Assembly: GCA_951406725.2 (NCBI GenBank)
Contig: OX597827.1
Coordinates: forward strand, 73,532,001-73,596,000
DNA length: 64,000 nucleotides
Reading direction: 5' to 3'
From: Octopus vulgaris
Lineage: Eukaryota
A model generated the notes under the pieces. It was given only the letters and a program-made list of their open reading frames with translations. It ran no database searches and was not told the origin of the DNA. Shown here one piece after another: positions 1 through 12,399 of the stretch. Within the stretch, counting starts at the first letter, position 1; every line of letters starts with the position of its first letter. The translations under genes and the position numbers were made by a program.

Positions 1-232
1 CCCTATATACATAAAAAAAACGAAAGATAATTATAAAACAAAGAAACCAAGCAAAGAAAAGGGAGAACTATTATCGCCTCATGTTGTATTATGTCTTACT
101 GCAACAAAGTACCTTTTTTATGTGAGAGACGTCTTCCCAAAATCTCAAGTGTAGCACTAATATACGTACACACATACGATACAGTGTGATACAAATACAC
201 ACAAGCTTACACACACACATGCATATATATAA

Positions 233-868
233 CTAGCAGTATCGCCCGGCGTTGCTCGGGTTTGTAAGGGAAATAACTATATAAGCATTTTTAGAGAGTT
301 ATAGCAAAGAATAGCAAAAAATGCATTAAAAATGGAATAAAAAATTATGGTAATTTTTTTTTTAAATCGTTGACTCATCGTAGACATTTTTAGAGAGTTA
401 CCTTCCCTTATATAATAGCGAAAAAATGCATTAAAATGGAAAAAAATGGTGGTAAAATTTTTTTAAATCGTAGACTCATGTAGACGCTTTCTTAGCCATT
501 TCTGTTTTGGTGTCTTCAAGCCATGAAGTCGTTGTTCTAAAAGGACGCTGGTCTCCTTGACAACGCATTACGACGTTGATTTCCTTACACTCCCTTCCCC
601 ACAGGTGCAGGTGTGAGCGTGGACGCCAACTCCGCCGCCATCGACACACGAAAAAATATGCATTAAAATGGAATAAAAACTTATGTTAAATTATTTTTAA
701 AATCGTAGACTCATCGTAGACGCGCGCTAATACTCAGACGGGCTCGATATGAATCACGACTATAAGATACCCGAATTTGGTTAAACTGGACCGCGAAATG
801 TGGGAGTAGTTAGGAATCTAAATCGAAGGGGACAGACACTCACACAACTACAGTTTTATATATAGAGA
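233..868 (-). mobile_element. Non-autonomous Helitron-like element
   Basis: On the - strand it begins TCTCTATATATAAAA and ends with a CCCGAGCAACGCCGGG hairpin followed by CTAG. It lies between host A and T, and contains internal repeats (aaaatgcattaaaatgg..., atcgtagactcatcgtagac). Confidence 0.7.
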
Positions 869-1502
869 TTAATTAATCAAAGGACATACTATATATGTCT
901 ACCTGCTGGAAATGACAGTCAAACTCATATTTGAATCGCCATGATACACTGATAATAACTACAGAGATCAACCGCCCGAAGGCAAACGGGCTAAGACAAT
1001 CTTTCAGCATAATTCAAGTATTTGGACTCACGTGGACCGGTTTCTGGACTGGCAATATAGTCTCACCTCCCTCAGCACGCGTTACCATGAAGGAGAGCCC
1101 CAACCCGTCACGTTGAAGTCTACGCTGCAACTGAATCGTTTTGCGCCGAATCATGGCAGCCACCATTGTGAAAATAATTTCAACACAGAACAAATAATTC
1201 AAGAGAAAATATTTGCGAAGATATCATTGACTATTATTATCTAGTGTAACATTTGGTTGATTTATGTTGCTAAAAATAGTGTATTTTAGCGATTTAAATA
1301 AGAGATTTGACAGTTACATCCAGCAGGTATCCATACTTAGTATGTCCTTTGATTAATTTTTATCCTTCGCTATTTAATGACTTTTGGGGGCTTGCAATTG
1401 CCTATATTATTAATTGTGTTGTCATTTTGAAATTGTTACACTATACAATAATAGAGTTAATAATAACTTCGCAAATATTTTCTTCTGAATTATTTGCTCC
1501 GT

Positions 1503-1638
<136 letters not shown>

Positions 1639-3248
1639 TATATATATATATTCAAAGAAACAGATTCGTTCGTAATGTGCATGGATAAAGGACCCGTGTT
1701 TGTAACAGGAATATGTATATAAATTACACATATACGACGGGCAAAGTGATGACAGCATAGAAGCGTTTTATTTAGGCACTGATATGACCATAACTTATCA
1801 CCTGAATCAACGGAGATCTGACAAATCTCTATATTTGAAATTGTTCTGCTCTCAGAAAATAATATTAAAGCGAAACAACTGATGATTTAGGTATTAAAGA
1901 TTGTTGGAATATTTAATGACGATGCCTTTAGATGGAAAGAGTATAGGTTAATGAGGGAGATATTTGAGAGATTATGTTAAACTCAGTAATGCTGTAAACG
2001 ATAGGAGTGAATGAATCTCTATTTTTGTTACCTATATTCATTTATTGTAGCCAGGAACTATTTTCTTCAAGTAAAATAATATCAAAAAAAGAAGAATTCG
2101 AAATGAAGGTATGTAATATACGTTTTAATTTTATTTAACTATTTTCGGATTTACCATCATACAGAAGTAAAAATATCAATAAACGAGGGAGAAGAAAAGT
2201 TTAACTTATGCAGAAGAGAAGCGAGTGTTGAAAGTTTAAAAGAAAAATAATAATTTACTTACATCGATGAATACCCCGTTCATATTGAATTTCGCTAACT
2301 CATCTTCCATTTATGAAAAAAACAAACCAAAGTAAAACGATTATTTTCTAGAAAATTAACATAGAGCATGATAAATACCTGTATTATTGAATTTCATAAA
2401 ATAGATTTTTAGAATTATTATGCATATAAGGTCCAGTTTCAAATAGAACAGAGGTATGCATGCTGATCGTCACTATACGTGTAACATGTTAAAACTTATT
2501 CAGTTATAAAGTATATTCTTAATGTATTAAGCTTTGCTGAAAATGTTTTAGCCACGATGTTATTTAAAAGCAAATCTGAATACTGATAAAAAGAAGATAT
2601 TGTTTCATCAGAAACGTAGAAAATATTTCTTTGATCTTGTTTATACTAAGCCCAACATAACAATGAACATATTTGTCTTAGTAAAAAGATAAATGGTGAA
2701 ATTGAGCTCTGAAAGTAGAAAGTGTAGGTTTTCTCTTCGGATGGTACATTGTGCAAATCTTATCTCGAAGAATTACTAGGGATCTTGATATTCTTGACGC
2801 TGAAGATCACGTTGTCACTTGTTATTAGAATATATCATTACAAATTTCAACGAAAACCCCAGCAAACTGGTTAGCCTATGCATCAACGATTTGTCCTTTG
2901 GTGCATCATCACAAACATACTATTCTTTTCTTACAAGAACAGAGACGTGTGACGAGAAGCATGACGGTTTCATAAAGTGCAGCACTTGTTACTAACGGTT
3001 AAAAACATCATTGCTATATGTTTTGAGGATTCAAAATGATTCAATGTCTCGAATCTGCTATGTTGTACTTGCTTATATTACGATGTGTTATTATATAACA
3101 CTAGAGATGTTGTGACAATATTCTAAATCTGTGAAAACTTTGCACAGGATGTTCTCAGGATTCGATGTGAGCACTGACTTCAAAAATTGATTGGAAAAGT
3201 CAGATGATTATTGATTTAGAGAAGAAATTAAAATTAAACATATCTATG

Positions 3249-3348
3249 NNNNNNNNNNNNNNNNNNNNNNNNNNNNNNNNNNNNNNNNNNNNNNNNNNNN
3301 NNNNNNNNNNNNNNNNNNNNNNNNNNNNNNNNNNNNNNNNNNNNNNNN
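3249..3348. other. Assembly gap (100 N); further gaps at 5657-5756, 7398-7497 and 8873-8972
   Basis: Runs of n. Confidence 0.99.
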
Positions 3349-3391
3349 AAATTTTGTCCTCTTGATGCTCATCTGCTTATATATCATCTGC

Positions 3392-3433
<42 letters not shown>

Positions 3434-3439
3434 TATATA

Positions 3440-3835
3440 TGTAGTACGAGCAAAATGCCCTCCCCCGTCCAATGGACGGTGCTGAGTTGTCAAACATTTG
3501 AACCAAATTTTCTCAAAACAATTTGTCCGACCGTCCCATTTTGTGGCACTTATTTCAAGCTAACTGGCTTTTTTGCAAACTGCACATGCATTTTTCTCAC
3601 CTACGTGTAGTATCGATTGCAACAGCTGATGTATTTGCATGTATAAATGCACGTTCCCACGGTTTTATCAATTGCATTCTCACCTGAAATTGATTTTATG
3701 CAATTTTTAAGACTTATACACGTCCTGATAACATCGGTAACTACATATCAAATTTGAGCGCAATTGGATGAAGGATGCCCGAGATCCTAGAAGACACACA
3801 TGCAGACAGACAGAACGGATTTTATGTAATAGATA
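3440..3835 (-). mobile_element. Probable non-autonomous Helitron-like repeat
   Basis: The right end (caaatttgagcgcaattgg...acagacagacag...ttttatgtaatagat) has the same style as the 233-868 element. Boundaries are approximate. Confidence 0.35.
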
Positions 3836-4196
3836 GGTAGGGTAAAATTCAAGCTGTGTCCTCTTGCAAGCACATCTGCTTATTCTCCCATCACAATCAG
3901 TATGTAGCTGTATATTTATGTCAGGTATTTATACTAGTTAAAAATTTAATAAATGTTGTTTGCAGAGTTATTATGTATAAGACAGGAAGTTGGAGAGAAA
4001 TTGTTGGTATTATTTATTCACCATTACACATGTTTCATATATTAAGATGAATTACAAAGTTGTACATTTGTACATGTTGGTAGAGTGTGTAAGAAATTTC
4101 AAGAAATGCACCTCTCCAATTAAATCAAAGGCAATGAAGAAAAAAGTTATGAAAATGGAAAATATATACAAAATAAATGATGTATGCAAAAACTGA

Positions 4197-4652
4197 GAAA
4201 GATTCATTCGTTTTTAAATATTTTATACTAAAAAAAAAAAACAGAAACGAGAAATGAGCACTCGTAATATAAACAAACATGTTGGACGATACAAGGGGCT
4301 GTCTACTTCTTTTACCAATCAGATATTATTGATACCCTAACCCTAACTAATCTTAACACTAACCCTAACCTTAACCCTAACCCTAAACACTAGCACTAAC
4401 CCTAACCCTAACACTACCCTTAAAACTAACACTAACCCTAACATTAACCCTAACACCAACCCTAACACTAACCCTAACCTTAACCCTAACCCTAACCCTA
4501 GCACTAACCCCAATCCTAAACATTAACCCTAACCTAAAAAGTAGATTACTACCCCTTGTATCGTCTAATATGTTTGTTTATATTCCACAGTGCCTGTTTC
4601 CTGTTTCGTTATTTAGTTTTAGTATAAATATTTAAAAATGGATGAATCTTAC
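4197..4652. mobile_element. MITE-like element with ~120 bp imperfect terminal inverted repeats around a telomere-like array
   Basis: aagattcattcgtttttaaatattttatactaaaa...aaacaaacatgttggacgatacaagggg on the left is the reverse complement of ccccttgtatcgtctaatatgtttgtttat...ttttagtataaatatttaaaaatggatgaatctt on the right. Confidence 0.7.
4335..4537. repeat. Degenerate (CCCTAA)n / TTAGGG telomere-like array
   Basis: Repeated ccctaa, cactaa and ccttaa hexamers. Confidence 0.85.
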
Positions 4653-4930
4653 TAATTTTTTGCCTACATACTCACCAAGGTTTCAGGTAAAATTTGACTG
4701 TTATATTGATCGTTGCAAATGCTGTTCAATATTCGACACGTCTGATGTTTCGACAACATTACATTCATTACAGATTTCTTCAGTGATGTCAGCAACCTTT
4801 TTTCAAGTGGTATTGTTGGACCTTTTTTCTTGTGTGCCATTGCGAGAACACTGTCGCGTCCTGAAATTAAATTATCAATTTAATTCACTACTTTCTGTAT
4901 ATATATATTTTATTATATGTAGAAAAATAC

Positions 4931-4975
<45 letters not shown>

Positions 4976-5064
4976 ACTATAGCCTCGGGACGACCATAGC
5001 GAGTGGATTTGGTAGACGGGAAAATGAAAAAAGCCCGTCGTATATATATGTGTGTGTATATATA

Positions 5065-5167
<103 letters not shown>

Positions 5168-5281
5168 ATATTTCGGAATGGTCATATTGCCAGTTTAGCC
5201 AATAAAAACACACGCACTATATATTTGGTGTTATTTTGCTTCAGTGATATTTATTTTTTACATTAATCTTAATCTTATTTC

Positions 5282-5326
5282 GGCCAAAGTTCTTTCGTCA
5301 CACTCCTGTGACCGCATCAGTGGTCC
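5282..5326 (-). ncRNA. Variant hammerhead-like motif in a repeat end
   Basis: - strand reads GGACCA-CTGATGC-G-GTCAC(aggagt)GTGAC-GAAAG-AA-CT-T-TGGCC, with core A9 changed to C. The adjacent repeat end (5160-5230) recurs inverted at ~62382-62455. Confidence 0.4.
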
Positions 5327-5756
5327 TTTGTTTTCTTCTCACTTACTTGTGTCTCTCCTTACTAACCGTCAGCCATTTTGTATTTCTATTGTATGTCTTC
5401 ATTTGCGCATGCTTATATCTCTATGTGCGTCTATGTTTATTTAGTGTTTGGGGGGGATGTCTGTAATATTTGTATCTTCTGGTTATATACATTCTTGTAA
5501 TTTGTATTTTGTTTTTGTTGTTGTTGCTTTTGTTCTAATTTTGTTCATGTGTTTACATCCACCCATTATTATCATTACATATGCTTGTATGTATGTATGT
5601 ATAACAACAATATTAGTAATAATAATAATAAATCTAATCGAGAAAAAAAAAAAAAANNNNNNNNNNNNNNNNNNNNNNNNNNNNNNNNNNNNNNNNNNNN
5701 NNNNNNNNNNNNNNNNNNNNNNNNNNNNNNNNNNNNNNNNNNNNNNNNNNNNNNNN

Positions 5757-6460
5757 GGTGATGTTGTATTATGGTGGTTGCTGTTGTAGTTTGTGGGGAT
5801 AGAGCGTTTTGTTCCAGGTAAATGGGTGAATTTGCAGTCTCTATCAGTGCACAGTCTATGGCGAAGAGAATATCGGCAAATGATGGGGTTTCGAGTGGGT
5901 GTGTAGGTGCGTGTATGTGTGTGAGCTGTGAAAGGTGTAGATGATAGTTTGAAGTTTTGGCGACCTTTGTGACCTGTAGGAGGTAAATTCCTTGAGATAG
6001 CATTAGTAGTAGTAGCTGTAGTAGTAGTAGTAGTAGTAGGTAGAAGAGATGTTGACGGTGGTAATGATTGAGGAGGTCGATTCCAAGACAAAGATGTTTG
6101 TCGATATATAGTGGGAGTAGTACTAGTAGTAGTAAGCAGAGGAGATGGTGTTGACAATGATGATGATTGAGCTGCTGGGGCAGTGAAAGGAAGGGGTGGT
6201 GCTTCCTGCTGTGTGACCCTGATGACTGGGGGGTCAATCGTTTCATTTAGCAAATCGGCCATTGTAGATGAATCAAGGAGTGGTTCATCCTGTTGTTGTT
6301 GTTGAGGTTGTTGTTGTTGCCTCTGAGGTTGTTGCTGCTGAAGTTGTTGTTGTTGCTGTAACTGTTGTTGTTGTTGTTGTTGCCGCTGAGTTTGTTGTTG
6401 TTGAGGTTGTTGTTGTTGTTGTTGCGCCGGTGATGCGTTCGAAGAGAAAACACATCTCAT
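5757..6460 (-). mobile_element. PolyQ/Thr-rich ORF with a CCCH-like zinc finger, probably a LINE ORF1 fragment
   Basis: The translation contains ICRYSLRHRLCTDRDCKFTHLPGTKRS. A decayed homolog (TPNIYCCPQHKIFLQQYCTLIPLPGIRRT) lies at ~10140-10240, upstream of a LINE endonuclease. Confidence 0.5.
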
Positions 6461-6493
6461 TTATCGAAGTGTTTATTTATTAATTTAAAAGCA

Positions 6494-6583
<90 letters not shown>

Positions 6584-6584
6584 G

Positions 6585-6709
<125 letters not shown>

Positions 6710-6765
6710 ATTGATTGATTGATTCCAGTTTCAGCTATGAGATGTGGCCATGCTGGGGCACCGCC

Positions 6766-6827
<62 letters not shown>

Positions 6828-6879
6828 TATGTATATGCATATGTGTATATATGTATGCATATGTATATATATATCCTTA

Positions 6880-8872
6880 AATCCGTAAAAATGCTTTAGC
6901 CCGAAGGCCGCGGCCATGCTGGGGCACCACCGCTGAATGAGCTACACTAGTTTGTGAATCCACCTCTGATACGTGGCACTTGATCAACAAGGGAGTTCGA
7001 TGCTGCTGCCCGCATCCGTGTCTCCTGTCGTGAGGTAGGTTCATCTGGGACTCCCAACAAGAAGAGATCCAGTTTAGTTTTAAAGAAACCCACATCCACA
7101 CCATGTAAGTCTCTCAGGCATTTAGGGAGGATGTTAAAGAGCTGTGGTCCTCTGAAACCCAAGCTGTTGCAGTATCTGGACCTGTATTTTGATGGTGATG
7201 TTGGAATCCTTGGCACCACGCAGCGGCGCCCCGTTCTGCGGTTGGAGTAACTTTGAATGCCAAAGTTTGGGACAAGACCCTCCAGGATTTTCCAGATGTA
7301 TATCACTGCATATCTCTCCCGCCTCCGCTCCAGGGAGAAGAGGTTTAATACCTTCAGTCTTTCCCAGTAGCTGACATTTTGCATTGAGACGATTTTCNNN
7401 NNNNNNNNNNNNNNNNNNNNNNNNNNNNNNNNNNNNNNNNNNNNNNNNNNNNNNNNNNNNNNNNNNNNNNNNNNNNNNNNNNNNNNNNNNNNNNNNNCGT
7501 GGGAGACCTTTGTGTCATCTGCATAGCTAGCAAGGGTGGTCATCGTAGCAACTGAAGGCATGTCTGAAAGGGCCACTATGAACATCAGTGGCCCCAAGAC
7601 AGTGCCCTGTGGGACACCGCTTGTTATTTGCGTTTCCCTGGAGGTGGCTCCATTGCTCACAACTGCCTGTTTTCTGTCTTTTAGGAAGTTGTGCAGCCAC
7701 TCTCCAAGTTTCCCGCCTATGCCGAGACCACGCAGTTTGTGACAGATCATACCATGGTCGACTTTATCAAAGGCTTTTGCAAAGTCAAGATATATTACAT
7801 CCACATTTGAGCCATTTAGTAGCTGTTTCAACACCCAGTCATAGTGTTGCAGGAGCTGTGTTAGGCAGCCTCTACCTGGTCGAAATCCATGCTGGGTGTC
7901 AGACAGTAAGTCATTTTCTTCAAGGAACATGATTAGTTTCTTACGGACTATTCGTTCCATGACTTTGCTGATGTGTGAGGTCAGAGAGATAGGCCTATAA
8001 TTTTTAGCATCTGCTCTGCTACCTCCCTTATGGATAGGGCATATTACCCCCTCTTTCAGTTTGACTGGGAGCTTACCACTTGCAAGAAAGCTCTGAAAAA
8101 GAAGCTGTAGCGGTTTTGCAAGGGCTCGTTTGCACGATTTGAGAAGGATCGCTGGGAATCCATCAGGTCCAGCAGCTGAGTTTGTGTCAATCTCATCAAT
8201 GGCTAGTGTGATATCATCTTCTTCGATGTTGATGTACTCAATTTTTGTCTCTTTGGCCGCTGGTAAAGTGGCAAAGAATTCTTCTGGGTTGTTTACTTGC
8301 CTGTGTCCTAGAGGTGTAGTGAATACACTTTGGAACTGTTCGTTCAGTATTTCACTTATCCTCGTGGGATTTCCTGTGAGAGAGCCATCTTTTTGGAAGA
8401 GAGGTCCTATTCTCTGGTGCACTGTGGCTGTCTCTTTGGCAAACTTAAAGAAAGCTTTAGGGTTTGATTTTATATTTTCTATTACCCAAGCTTCTTTATC
8501 TGCTCTCTCCTTTTCATGGGACTGATGTAGACTTTTCTCAGTTTCCATTAGCATTCTTTCGAGCCGAGACTTCTCACCACTTTTGGTGTGCTTGCTCAGG
8601 CGGTTTGCAATCCTTGTCCGTCGTCTCATAAGAATCCTCCTTTCTCTAGGGATCCTGTTTTTATTCTTGTGTGTGCTGGCCCTGCACATTGGGACATATT
8701 TGTCACATATGGCTTGTATTATGGACATGAAGTGTTTGTGTTTCATGTTTATGTCCGGTGTGGAGAGACATTCAGGCCAATCCTGTTTGAGGATCTCTTT
8801 CTCAATCGACTTCCAGTTGGCTTTATGAAAGTTTAAGTTGGAGAGATGGTGGGTGCTTCGTATAGGCTGTGT
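6880..8872 (-). mobile_element. CR1-like non-LTR retrotransposon ORF2 (reverse transcriptase) and 3' UTR, interrupted by a gap
   Basis: ORF 6947-8746 has NYRPISLTS, QHGFRPGR, YLDFAKAFDKVDH, GVPQGTVLGP and YADDTK, plus the CR1-type C-terminus SYWERLKVLNLFSLERRRER...FKTKLDLFL. Confidence 0.92.
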
Positions 8873-8972
8873 NNNNNNNNNNNNNNNNNNNNNNNNNNNN
8901 NNNNNNNNNNNNNNNNNNNNNNNNNNNNNNNNNNNNNNNNNNNNNNNNNNNNNNNNNNNNNNNNNNNNNNNN

Positions 8973-10330
8973 TGATGCTGTTTGAAACGAGTGAATAAGC
9001 GAAAGGCGAGTCAATGAGTGAACGATCCTGAGTGATTGCATTCCATTGTGAAGATCCATGCGGTCAAAGAGTGTTCTGGTGAGAAATCAGACTTGTTATG
9101 GTCAGAAAGAAGAGTATTTTTCCTCTGCAATATTACAGACAGTGTCAGTGTGGTGACTAAACTTTAAGTCCGATAGGTTTTTGCTGAAGCTTGTTGGCTC
9201 TCGCATGAGTTGGAAAAGGAAAAATTAGTGAATAAAGTGACTCCACTGTTGTTTTGTCTTGGACTGAATTGCTTTCAAGTTATAAAGAGACTGAATTGCT
9301 TTCAAGTTATTAATAGACTGAATTGCTTTCAAGTTATTAATAGACTAGTCAACGCAGGGGAAATTGAAGTCGTCTACCATTAAAATGCTACCAGATTGAC
9401 ACTGTTGAATAAAAGATTTAATATTGCTAAGTCATTCTTTGAAGAACAGTAAAGGCTCTTGGAATGGCCTGTAGACCCTAATTATAACAAAATCATTGGG
9501 ATTTGTTATACGTATGGTGCATGAAACATCCGTATCTGCAGTGAATGCGTCACGTAGCAAAACGGTAAATCCTCTCTTTCTTTTGCCGTTGCGATCTGCA
9601 CGGGTCACAGAGATATTCCTCATTGGTCGGTAGCCCAGTGTTAAATCTTTTATCTCTTCGCATTAAAGGATGACCTGATGATTTGTGCATTCGGCAAAAA
9701 TGGTAAGATTAGAGTAGTGGCTAGATTACATTTTTTCAACGGTCCCGAAAGAGACTTATGTTTTAATGTCAGCGAGGGACCAGTTTATGGACTGGGAGTA
9801 ACGACAAAGGGACAGTATGACAGTCAAGACATTTATCTGAATCTCTTTTGCCAGGTTTCGGATGGATAAGAAAGAATAATTTGTCTGGTTAAGGAATATT
9901 TGGTGGATAAAGCTGTGGTTACATTGACGGTTTTGTCGTTTGTTTGTTTTGTTTTTGTTGCTACAGGATTTTCTCCAGTTTACTGGGTTGTTGAAAAGGT
10001 TTGTGCTGGGTCTGTTGATTTTATTCTTGTTTCAGATGGATGGTTTCTTATTTCTTTACTTGTGGGAAAACCTCGTGTTGGTAGTACTGCACCTGAATAT
10101 GGCTTTATGAAGCTTGTGATGTTGACTAGGAGTGTTGTTTTGATTGTACGTCGGATCCCGGGAAGAGGAATTAGCGTACAATATTGCTGTAGAAATATCT
10201 TGTGTTGGGGACAGCAGTAGATATTAGGGGTACGATTTCATTTGGGTCTTAGTTGTGCTTCTGTTGTAGCAAGAGTGCTGTGTTTGGAGTTCTGTTAACC
10301 AAACACTTTGCTCCAGGCTGGTGGTTGAAA
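8973..10330 (-). mobile_element. Decayed LINE: apurinic endonuclease region plus end of ORF1
   Basis: RADRNGKRKRGFTVLLR...IIRVYRP, a DFNFP-like motif (gacttcaatttcccc on -) and an SDHN motif (tctgaccataac on -) are present. Multiple stops. Confidence 0.65.
9262..9346. repeat. Three-copy 27-28 bp tandem repeat
   Basis: gactgaattgctttcaagttat(t)aa(a/t)a occurs three times in tandem. Confidence 0.85.
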
Positions 10331-10399
10331 TAGCGGTTACCATACGGGCAGTCTCGCTCGTAAAGAATAGCGTCATATTTTTGGACTTCGACTAAAATA

Positions 10400-11900
10400 T
10401 GTGGAAAGGGAGGCAGTGGACTAAATAAAATTGGGCTTCGTAAAGGTTTAACTTACTTGAGGTCAGATTGGCCACACTGCTCGTGACCTCGCTCCAATTT
10501 ACGTAAGAGCAGTGTGTCCCTCCCCCACCCTTGTTGGCATGGGAAAATATCCAATCACACCCAATCTATGAGACCTGAGGTCATTAAGGAAGCGATCTTG
10601 CTTGAGTCTGACCCCAGAGCATCGTAAACTTAAACATCCTACAGTGAGTGTATCTAACAAAAAGCTTACCTTTGTTGGGGAAGGGATCTCCCTTCTCAGT
10701 CTCGTCCGTGTATTGCGAGGATTCTTTGGTTAGGCCGTCGTACATGGACGGACAGAAGTCCTTTCTGGGAGAGCCTATGTCATGAGGGAATGGAGAAATT
10801 TATGCTATCTATGCAATAAATTTGTATTCCCTCGTGTAGGATGGTAAACTGTTCTTTGTAAAGTTCTGCAATCGGTATGTCTTGGAGTTCATCTGCAAGG
10901 AATTCATTCTTGTCCTTTATTGTCACTAAACTGAACCTCGCTACAGTTGGGAAGAGGTGGGGAGGATCCTTTTTTATGACTGGGAGGGGTAGATTAGGCT
11001 GTTTTCTTTTACTTTTGTGTTAGGTTTGGCGTGGGGGACTATCGTGTGTGTCTGAAAGGCAAGATTTTCTCTTGATGGTACTAGGAATAGAGGGACACTC
11101 TGCTCTTACGTAACATGCTTTCCTCTCCAATCTGGATAGTTTCTGCAATTTCTGCGAGGTGGGCAAAGGCTGCTTGAATGATTGTTTAGATCCCTGGCCT
11201 TTCCAGTTTTATTGCTCAATTTTAGTGGCTTCGAGGATCGATATTTTAATCTCTAATCGCATAATGTGTACTGCGCAAAGTCAGGTAACGTCTATCCCGG
11301 GAGGAATTTCTCCCACCGTTATTTTGGCAGTGGCCTTCCTAAGTAGATTGGTAGCAGCACTACCTCAGTTATTTTAATGGTTTTATTGAGTGTTGCCTGG
11401 CATTTTCCTCACTTTTGAAATGCACAACAGTTGTTGAAAATCTCTTCCCTCTTGTTAGAAATGTAATGTCTGACCAAATATGTTGTAGATATTTCTCCAA
11501 GTCTTCTTTTGCGGCCTTTTCTAATTTTTCTCCATCGCCACGAAACTTTTGTACACCATTATTTTTCTTGTATTATTTTCTTTTAATTTACTGGAGAGGG
11601 TAATTTTCAACTCGTGTCCTCCCCTTTGAAACATTCCATTGTGTTTGTTTCGTGCATCCGGTTCAACGTTTTTTCCACGAGATACCTGCTACAGCAGCGA
11701 AATTTGTTATCTTCTTCACCTGTTCTGGTTGGCGATCTTCAAAGACGACCTTACCTGTCGGCATGTTAAGCATGCTATCCATTGTTTTAAAATGTGTTTC
11801 CCTCAACAGAGTAGAGACTCATGGTTTGGGAATTAAAAATTCCCATAAATGGCACAAAATATAGCAAACTTAACAATTTTCCCTCCTCAAACGAGCGGAA
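10400..11900 (-). mobile_element. Decayed L1/Tx1-like element: ORF1 plus start of ORF2
   Basis: ORF1-like KEDLEKYLQHIWSDITFLTRGKRFSTTVVHF...LLPIYLG is similar to the 12700-13550 copy. It is followed by an endonuclease-start-like LTVGCLSLRC..KQDRFLNDLRS. Confidence 0.5.
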
Positions 11901-12399
11901 AATATGTTCGAAAAGTCTGCAAACGCAGAACGTAGACAATATTGTAACAAGAAAAAGAAAACTCAGATGAGTTCAAACAAAAGACAATCCTATAATGCAA
12001 ACCTCCCGTATGAGATAAACCAATCCAAGGCAAACTTGCGCTAAGAATAATTATTTTATTCGCGCCACAATAGGCAAACATAGACGGAGCGATACAAAAT
12101 GGACACGGGGTCGGAACAGACAGCACAATTGGGGACATAAAATACAGAACAATGAATGGAATGATTATATTACAAATGAGGATGAACGTCTTAGCTGAGC
12201 CCCACCCAAAGGCAATCACGTTTTACTGTTCATTTACAATTTTCGAATTATTAATCGTTTAAAACCATTTTACTTATTTTTTCCTTTACCATATAAAATA
12301 TAGCGCGAGTTCGTTGTTTTCTACCACCGGAAGGAAGGAGTCACACCTCACCTCCAACTCCAGTGAAGTTATGTCTGATTTGAATGTTTCGTTTACTGT

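Noticed and set aside
3871-3924. Signal-peptide exon
   Set aside because: A donor-like tcag|gtattt is present, but the acceptor and phase do not fit cleanly and the peptide is not convincingly hydrophobic.
4335-4537. True telomere or chromosome fusion site
   Set aside because: The array is short, degenerate, in a single orientation and enclosed by inverted termini.
5483-6460. PolyQ ORF as a host transcription factor
   Set aside because: It spans an assembly gap and is flanked by microsatellites. Its zinc-finger segment has a decayed homolog directly upstream of a LINE endonuclease, so it is more likely LINE ORF1.
9262-9346. CRISPR-like repeats
   Set aside because: The repeats are directly adjacent with no spacers, in a eukaryotic context.
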